Part shown: piece after piece, positions 18,045 to 22,452 of the stretch | Position numbering within the stretch: the first letter of the stretch is position 1 | How the letters are laid out: every line of letters begins with the position of its first letter | Assembly (NCBI GenBank): GCA_041497895.1 | Contig: JBGQHJ010000081.1 | Coordinates: forward strand, 1 to 22,452 | Length of the DNA: 22,452 nt | From: Candidatus Methylomirabilia bacterium | GTDB taxonomy: Bacteria > Methylomirabilota > Methylomirabilia > Rokubacteriales > CSP1-6 | Reading direction: 5' to 3' | The notes under the pieces: model-generated | Databases searched by the model: none | Seen by the model: the letters and a program-made list of their open reading frames with translations, nothing else | Told to the model about the DNA's origin: nothing | Position numbers and translations under genes: made by a program

Positions 18045-18380
18045 CTAGTTGAACAGATTCGTGAAGAAGCTCTTCACGCTGTGGCCGAACGATACGGCCC
18101 CCTCCTTCGTCCTGGTCCAGGCCGACTTGGCCTCGGGCTCCGCTGCCCGTCCCGCCTCCTTCATCTTCTCGCCCGCGGTCTCGGCGCCACCGACCACCGT
18201 CTTGCCGATGCCCTTCGCGGTGTCCTCGACGCCTCGACCGATCTGCTTGGCGCCGCTCTCGACCTGCGCGGCGCCCTCCCGCGCCTTCGTGTCGTCCGCC
18301 GCCCCGACCGGCGCCGCGACCCCGACCAGCGCCACCAGTGCGACGAATCCCGTGAGCGCGTTCTCCACTGCCCTCCTCAT
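18045..18380 (-). CDS. Small secreted protein with amphipathic 11-mer repeats (LEA/apolipoprotein-like)
   Basis: AAGGAGG SD and a signal peptide ending VGA-A. Repeats VESGAKQIGRG / VEDTAKGIGKT / VVGGAETAGEK. Confidence 0.7.
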   Translation of the reverse strand: MRRAVENALTGFVALVALVGVAAPVGAADDTKAREGAAQVESGAKQIGRGVEDTAKGIGKTVVGGAETAGEKMKEAGRAAEPEAKSAWTRTKEGAVSFGHSVKSFFTNLFN

Positions 18381-18434
18381 CACCGTCCTCCTTGTCTCGT
18401 GGGTGTAACTTTGTGACCCGCGAGAAAGTTCACC

Positions 18435-18451
18435 GGCAACCCACATGCCAG
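18435..18451 (-). promoter_or_regulatory. Sigma54 (RpoN) -24/-12 promoter
   Basis: Minus-strand CTGGCAT-GTGGG-TTGCC matches YTGGCAC-N5-TTGCW with exact GG-N10-GC spacing. It lies about 55 nt upstream of the ATG at 18380. Confidence 0.7.
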
Positions 18452-18530
18452 CAAAGACCGGGAGCGGGCGACAAGAATCGGGCGCCTTTACGCCGGTTGG
18501 CGTGGCGCCGCGGCGGGCGCCAGGGAGGAA

Positions 18531-18549
18531 TTACACGCCGGGCGTGTAA
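18531..18549. promoter_or_regulatory. Perfect inverted repeat TTACACGCC-g-GGCGTGTAA, candidate enhancer-binding-protein site
   Basis: 9-bp arms around a 1-nt centre, 80-100 bp upstream of the sigma54 motif. Confidence 0.45.
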
Positions 18550-18552
18550 GGA

Positions 18553-18948
18553 TTACCAGGAGAAGACGTGCGTGGGCGTGAGCTCGACGATGACGGAATC
18601 GGACTCGCCGAGCGCGGCCTCGCGCGGGTACTGCGGATACTTCGCGTAGAGGCGGCGGCGGAGCCGGCGAAAGCGCGGGCCGCGCTCGATCACGCGTCCG
18701 GTGCCCTGCACCATCACCCCGGTGATCTGCGACCAGTCGTCCGAGTAGACGTCGACGGTCAGGGCGAGGCGCGCGTTCGCGCGCACGTTGCGAACCTTGC
18801 GGCCGCGGCGGCCCGAGCCGAAGTAGATCTTCCCGCCCACCACCACGTGGCAGACCGGCACGAGATGCGGCATCCCGCCGCCGACGGTGGCGACGCGCGC
18901 CACCCGCTCCCACTCCAGCATCTTCGCCTGCGCCTTCGTCAGTCGCAT
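18553..18948 (-). CDS. Pyridoxamine 5'-phosphate oxidase-like (PPOX/FDOR split-barrel) protein
   Basis: ARVATV, PHLVPV, RKVRNVRANARLALTVDVYSDDWS, GVMVQG and LYAKYPQY. GGAGG SD. Confidence 0.85.
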   Translation of the reverse strand: MRLTKAQAKMLEWERVARVATVGGGMPHLVPVCHVVVGGKIYFGSGRRGRKVRNVRANARLALTVDVYSDDWSQITGVMVQGTGRVIERGPRFRRLRRRLYAKYPQYPREAALGESDSVIVELTPTHVFSW

Positions 18949-18988
18949 GGGTCGCCTCCGTGAAGATCGAGTGTACTGCACGGACGCA

Positions 18989-19018
18989 TTGACCCCCGGT
19001 GAAGCCTTGTTGTAGATT
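18989..19018 (+). promoter_or_regulatory. Sigma70 promoter giving a leaderless transcript (TTGACC-18-TAGATT)
   Basis: -35 at 18989-18994 and -10 at 19013-19018. The ATG at 19026 begins 7 nt after the -10, with no SD. Confidence 0.65.
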
Positions 19019-19025
19019 CCACCGC

Positions 19026-19229
19026 ATGAAAAGCAAGGCCTCGACCAAGAAGTCCAAGACGTCGTCCGCTCGCGCCAAGGCCAAACCCCAGCCGAAGCCG
19101 GCGGCCCGGAAGGCGGCGGCCAAGGCCCCCGCGGCCCGGGCCACCGTCGCCACGGCTCCCAAGGCCATGGCCTACACCCCGAAGCCGATCGAGGGGATCG
19201 GCTGGGCGCCCTTCCGGTACAGCCGGTAG
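19026..19229 (+). CDS. Small highly basic Lys/Ala-rich (histone H1-like) protein, 67 aa
   Basis: MKSKASTKKSK...KPAARKAAAKAPAAR followed by YTPKPIEGIGWAPFRYSR. GC-ending codons and a promoter placed for a leaderless start support a real CDS. Confidence 0.7.
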   Translation: MKSKASTKKSKTSSARAKAKPQPKPAARKAAAKAPAARATVATAPKAMAYTPKPIEGIGWAPFRYSR

Positions 19230-19239
19230 CTCCTCCCTC

Positions 19240-19263
19240 GCGCGCCCGGATCTCCGGGCGCGC
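19240..19263. repeat. Inverted repeat/hairpin after the basic-protein gene
   Basis: GCGCGCCCGGA-tc-TCCGGGCGCGC, 11-bp arms, no U-tract. Confidence 0.45.
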
Positions 19264-19276
19264 CCGGGTCGGGCGC

Positions 19277-20026
19277 GTGGCCGTGCTGGGCGTCCTCCTG
19301 CTCCTGCCGCTGGGCGGCGGCTGCGCGCCCTTGGAGCGCCTCGGGCAGAACTGGTGGGAGCTCCGCCGCGACTCGTCCGGCCAGGCCCCGGACCCGACCA
19401 CCGCCCCCGACGCGGTCATCCAGGTCTATGCGGCCCGGGCCGTGGGCTGGCGCGGGGTGATGGCGGTGCACACCTGGGTGGCCGTCAAGCCGACCGGGGC
19501 GCCCGCCTACACCCGTTACGAGGTCATGGGCTGGGGCGTTGGCCGTGGTGCGCCGGCCATCCGGGTGAACCGCGCCGGGCCGGACGACTACTGGTTCGGT
19601 AGCCGCCCCGAGCTGCTCGTGGACCGGCGTGGCGAGGGTGTCGACGCGCTGATCGCCCGCGTCCGGGCCGCGGTGGAGGCCTACCCCTACCCGGTCAGCT
19701 ACTGGACCTGGCCCGGCCCCAACAGCAACACGTTCATCGCCTACCTGGGACGGGCCGTCCCCGAGCTACGCCTGGACCTGCCCGCCACCGCCATCGGCAA
19801 GGACTTCATTCCGGGGGGGCTCCCGGTCGCCATGAGCCCCTCCGGCACCGGGGTGCAGCTCTCGCTGTTCGGGCTGCTGGGCGTGATGGCGGGCGCGGAG
19901 GAGGGCCTCGAGCTGAACGTGCTGAGCCTGACCTTCGGGGTCGACGTGAAGCGACCGGCGCTCAAGCTACCGGTCGTGGGCCGGCTCGGCTTCAGCCAGG
20001 GACCTCCGCCCCCGGCCCCCGAGTGA
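19277..20026 (+). CDS. DUF3750 domain protein, probable lipoprotein (start uncertain)
   Basis: Lipobox-like LLLLPLGGG-C. Motifs VQVYAAR-type IQVYAAR, AVHTW, YTRYEVMGW, WFG, WPGPNSNTF and LPATAIGKDF. Confidence 0.8.
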   Translation: MAVLGVLLLLPLGGGCAPLERLGQNWWELRRDSSGQAPDPTTAPDAVIQVYAARAVGWRGVMAVHTWVAVKPTGAPAYTRYEVMGWGVGRGAPAIRVNRAGPDDYWFGSRPELLVDRRGEGVDALIARVRAAVEAYPYPVSYWTWPGPNSNTFIAYLGRAVPELRLDLPATAIGKDFIPGGLPVAMSPSGTGVQLSLFGLLGVMAGAEEGLELNVLSLTFGVDVKRPALKLPVVGRLGFSQGPPPPAPE

Positions 20027-21095
20027 TCGTCTCCCAGCCCGCCTCGGCCAGGGGTCGCGCCCGCTCCCCGCGCGCGCGGGCGTTGACGTCGTTGGCGGTG
20101 CCCGCGATCACCCGCCCCATGATGCCCTGGGCGATGGCGGCCAGCCGGAACATCGCGAAGGCCAGGTAGAACTCCCAGTCCGGGATGCCGGAGCGACCGG
20201 TTCGCCGGCAGTAGGCGGCGACGTAGTCGGTCTCCGAGGGCAGGCCCATCTCGGCGAGCGGCGCGCCCAGCACGCCGCCCAGGGTGCTGGGCCCGAGCCG
20301 GTAGGGCATGCAGTTGTAGGCCAGGTCGGCGAGCGGGCTACCGAGGGTGGAGAGCTCCCAGTCGAGCACCGCCACCACCCGGGGCTCGGTCGGGTGCAGG
20401 ATCAGGTTGCCGGGCCGGAAGTCGCCGTGGACCACGGTGGCCCGCTCCTCGGCCGGCACGTGCTCGGGCAGCCAGGCGATGAGCTGCTCCATGGCCTCGA
20501 TGCGCTCGGTCTCGGAGGCGCGGTACTGCGTGGTCCAGCGGTGGATCTGCCGCGCGAAGTAGGAGCCCGGCCGGCCGTAGTCGGTGAGCCCGGTCGCCTC
20601 GAGGTCCACGCGGTGGAGCGTCGCGAGCACCTCGTTCATGGAATCGTAGACCCGGCCGCGGTCGGACGGGCTCATCCCGGGCAGCAGCGGGTCGGCGACC
20701 ACCCGCCCCCGCACCCACTCCATGATGAAGAACGCGGTACCGATGACCGCGTCGTCCTCGCAGAGTGCGTAGGTGCGCGGCACCGGCACCTGCGTGGGAG
20801 CCAGCGCGGTCATGATCCGGTACTCGCGGTCGACCGCGTGGGCGGAGGGCAGGAGCTTGCCGGGCGGCTTGCGGCGCAGCACGTACTCGCCGCCGGGCGA
20901 GGAGAGCCGGTAGGTCGGGTTGGACTGGCCACCCTGGAACTGGGTCACCTCGACCGGCCCCTCGAAGCCCGCGACGTGCGCGGCCATGTACCGCTCGAGC
21001 GCGGACACGTCGAAGCGGTGGGTCTCGCGTACCGGGATCGTATCGGTGGTCGAGCTCACCTCGGCGGCGCTGCGCGGGGCGTGATCCGTGGTCAT
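19992..21095 (-). CDS. APH-like phosphotransferase (ACAD10/11 N-terminal-type)
   Basis: QFQGGQSNPTY, YVLRRKPPGKLLPSAHAVDREYR, VVHGDFRPGN and VLDWELSTLG. Confidence 0.9.
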   Translation of the reverse strand: MTTDHAPRSAAEVSSTTDTIPVRETHRFDVSALERYMAAHVAGFEGPVEVTQFQGGQSNPTYRLSSPGGEYVLRRKPPGKLLPSAHAVDREYRIMTALAPTQVPVPRTYALCEDDAVIGTAFFIMEWVRGRVVADPLLPGMSPSDRGRVYDSMNEVLATLHRVDLEATGLTDYGRPGSYFARQIHRWTTQYRASETERIEAMEQLIAWLPEHVPAEERATVVHGDFRPGNLILHPTEPRVVAVLDWELSTLGSPLADLAYNCMPYRLGPSTLGGVLGAPLAEMGLPSETDYVAAYCRRTGRSGIPDWEFYLAFAMFRLAAIAQGIMGRVIAGTANDVNARARGERARPLAEAGWETITRGPGAEVPG

Positions 21096-21110
21096 GGGCG
21101 GCGGGTTCCG

Positions 21111-21139
21111 ATTATGCTGCGCGCGCCGGGTGGGGGCAA
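21111..21139 (-). promoter_or_regulatory. Sigma70-type promoter for the phosphotransferase (TTGCCC-17-CATAAT)
   Basis: -35 at 21139-21134 and -10 at 21116-21111. The ATG is 15 nt downstream, with no SD. Confidence 0.5.
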
Positions 21140-21166
21140 CCGCAAGTTTGCGTCGTACCAGGAGCT

Positions 21167-22156
21167 TCACTCGATCAGGTGATCCGCCCGCACGAGCAGG
21201 GACGGCGGGACCGTGAGGCCGAGCGCCCGGGCGGTCCTCATGTTGATGACCAGCTCGAACGCGGTGGGCTCCTCGACGGGGAGGTCGGCCGGCCGCGCCC
21301 CCTTGAAGATCTTGTGCGCGAACCGCGCGGCCCGACGATACATCTCGGGGTAGTTCACTCCGTAGGTGACCAGTCCGCGGGCGAACTCGGTGGACGCGTA
21401 GATCGCCGGCAGCCGGTGCCGGGCCGCGAGATCGACGATGACCAGCTGATTCGCCTGGGTGAGGGTGTCGAGCCCGACGATCAGCGCGTCGGAGCGCAGC
21501 CGGGTGGCGGCGTTGAACGCCGGCTCCAGCTCCTCGGGCCTGCGCACGTCGAGCAGATGGGGCTCGATGTCCAGGGATCGGGCCGCCCGCTCGATCTCTC
21601 TCCACTGGGCCGGGAGCGCCGGGTTGCTCATGTTGAAGAGGCCCGAGATGCGGGCCGCGCGAGGAACCAGCTCCCGGAGCAGCTGCACGCGCTTCGGGTA
21701 GATCTCGGTCACCGCGGCGCTCAGGCCCGTGACGTTGCCGCCCGGGTGGGCGAGGCTGGCGACGAGACCCTGTCCGACCGGATCGCCGACCCCGATGATC
21801 ACGACCGGAATCGTCGCGGTCGCATTCTTGACCGCCAGCGCGGCGGGCGTGCCCCTCGTCAGGATCAGGTCCACCTTCATCCGGACCAGCTCACCGGCCA
21901 GGCCCGGGAATCGCCCGTCCTGGCCGTCAGCCGATCGGTACTCGATGGCGAAGCTCTCCCCCTCGACGTACCCGAGCTGCCGCAGCCCCTGCCGAAAGCC
22001 CTGCACGTTGGCGGCGTTGATCTCGATCGACGTCCTCTCGACCATGCCGATGCGATAGAGCCGCTCCGGCTGCTGCGCCTCGGCGGCGAACGGCGCGGCG
22101 AGGCCGGCACCAGCCAAGCTACCCAGGAACGCACGCCGGCTGATGGCCGCCGTCAC
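21167..22156 (-). CDS. Orphan ABC transporter substrate-binding protein (ABC_sub_bind-type) with a twin-arginine signal; start could also be GTG 22201 or TTG 22216
   Basis: SRRAFLG...AEAQ, FRQGLRQLGYVEG, IPVVIIGVGDPV, LAHPGGNVTG and GARPADLPVEEPTAFELVINMRTARALGL. Confidence 0.9.
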   Translation of the reverse strand: MTAAISRRAFLGSLAGAGLAAPFAAEAQQPERLYRIGMVERTSIEINAANVQGFRQGLRQLGYVEGESFAIEYRSADGQDGRFPGLAGELVRMKVDLILTRGTPAALAVKNATATIPVVIIGVGDPVGQGLVASLAHPGGNVTGLSAAVTEIYPKRVQLLRELVPRAARISGLFNMSNPALPAQWREIERAARSLDIEPHLLDVRRPEELEPAFNAATRLRSDALIVGLDTLTQANQLVIVDLAARHRLPAIYASTEFARGLVTYGVNYPEMYRRAARFAHKIFKGARPADLPVEEPTAFELVINMRTARALGLTVPPSLLVRADHLIE

Positions 22157-22279
22157 CCTGCCCGGCGCGGGCGATCGAGGCCTCGATCCGCTCGTACTCA
22201 CGATCCTCCGAATCAACGCGTCCTCCTCACCACCGCGATCGGTGTGCGCGACCTCCTCCGGCTGCCGCGGGGAACCGCA

Positions 22280-22295
22280 GGCAAGCGAGATGCCA
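22280..22295 (-). promoter_or_regulatory. Second sigma54 -24/-12 promoter
   Basis: Minus-strand TGGCAT-CTCGC-TTGCC with exact GG-N10-GC spacing, upstream of the substrate-binding-protein gene. Confidence 0.6.
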
Positions 22296-22452
22296 TGGGC
22301 AGCCCCTCGCAAATGCGCCAGGTTGGACGGTGGCCTCGACATCGGCTTCCGGGCAAAGATGGTTCTCGTCCGGGAGTTGTGCCCGAGCGGGCCGAGTGAC
22401 GAGAACGGCGGGCGGGTGTCGTGCGCTTACTGGGTGCTCTGGACGCAGATCC

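Noticed and set aside
19992..21605. 537-aa phosphotransferase with an extension into the binding-protein gene
   Set aside because: The extension is a shadow frame. A promoter-like element sits just before ATG 21095.
22427..22452. Possible 3' end of a minus-strand gene (...ICVQSTQ-stop)
   Set aside because: Only eight codons are visible, which is not enough to support a call.

Overview
Very GC-rich, gene-dense bacterial window with about 27 CDS. I saw no rRNA, tRNA, CRISPR array or transposase. The gene content (orphan twin-arginine ABC substrate-binding protein, UbiD, LLM/PPOX-family oxidoreductases, GT9) resembles Candidatus Rokubacteria/Methylomirabilota; this is an inference. The main item is a translationally coupled minus-strand operon at about 7949-2955: DUF547, ArsS-like radical SAM protein, a metallophosphoesterase that has lost one metal site and carries a CGC motif, a TVP38/DedA membrane protein, DUF3047, a TIGR04283-type glycosyltransferase and an FKBP. 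It looks like a variant of the arsenosugar-associated (rSAM/selenodomain) system, with no ArsM or TIGR04282 gene in this window. Other modules: (i) formamidase divergent from a membrane/spermidine-synthase-like fusion coupled to tenA; (ii) NitT/TauT ABC transporter, UbiD and acyl-CoA ligase; (iii) two small secreted low-complexity proteins behind a sigma54-type promoter with an upstream palindrome; (iv) a leaderless histone-H1-like small protein; (v) several leaderless or short-leader sigma70 promoters. All product calls come from motif recognition; no database searches were run.
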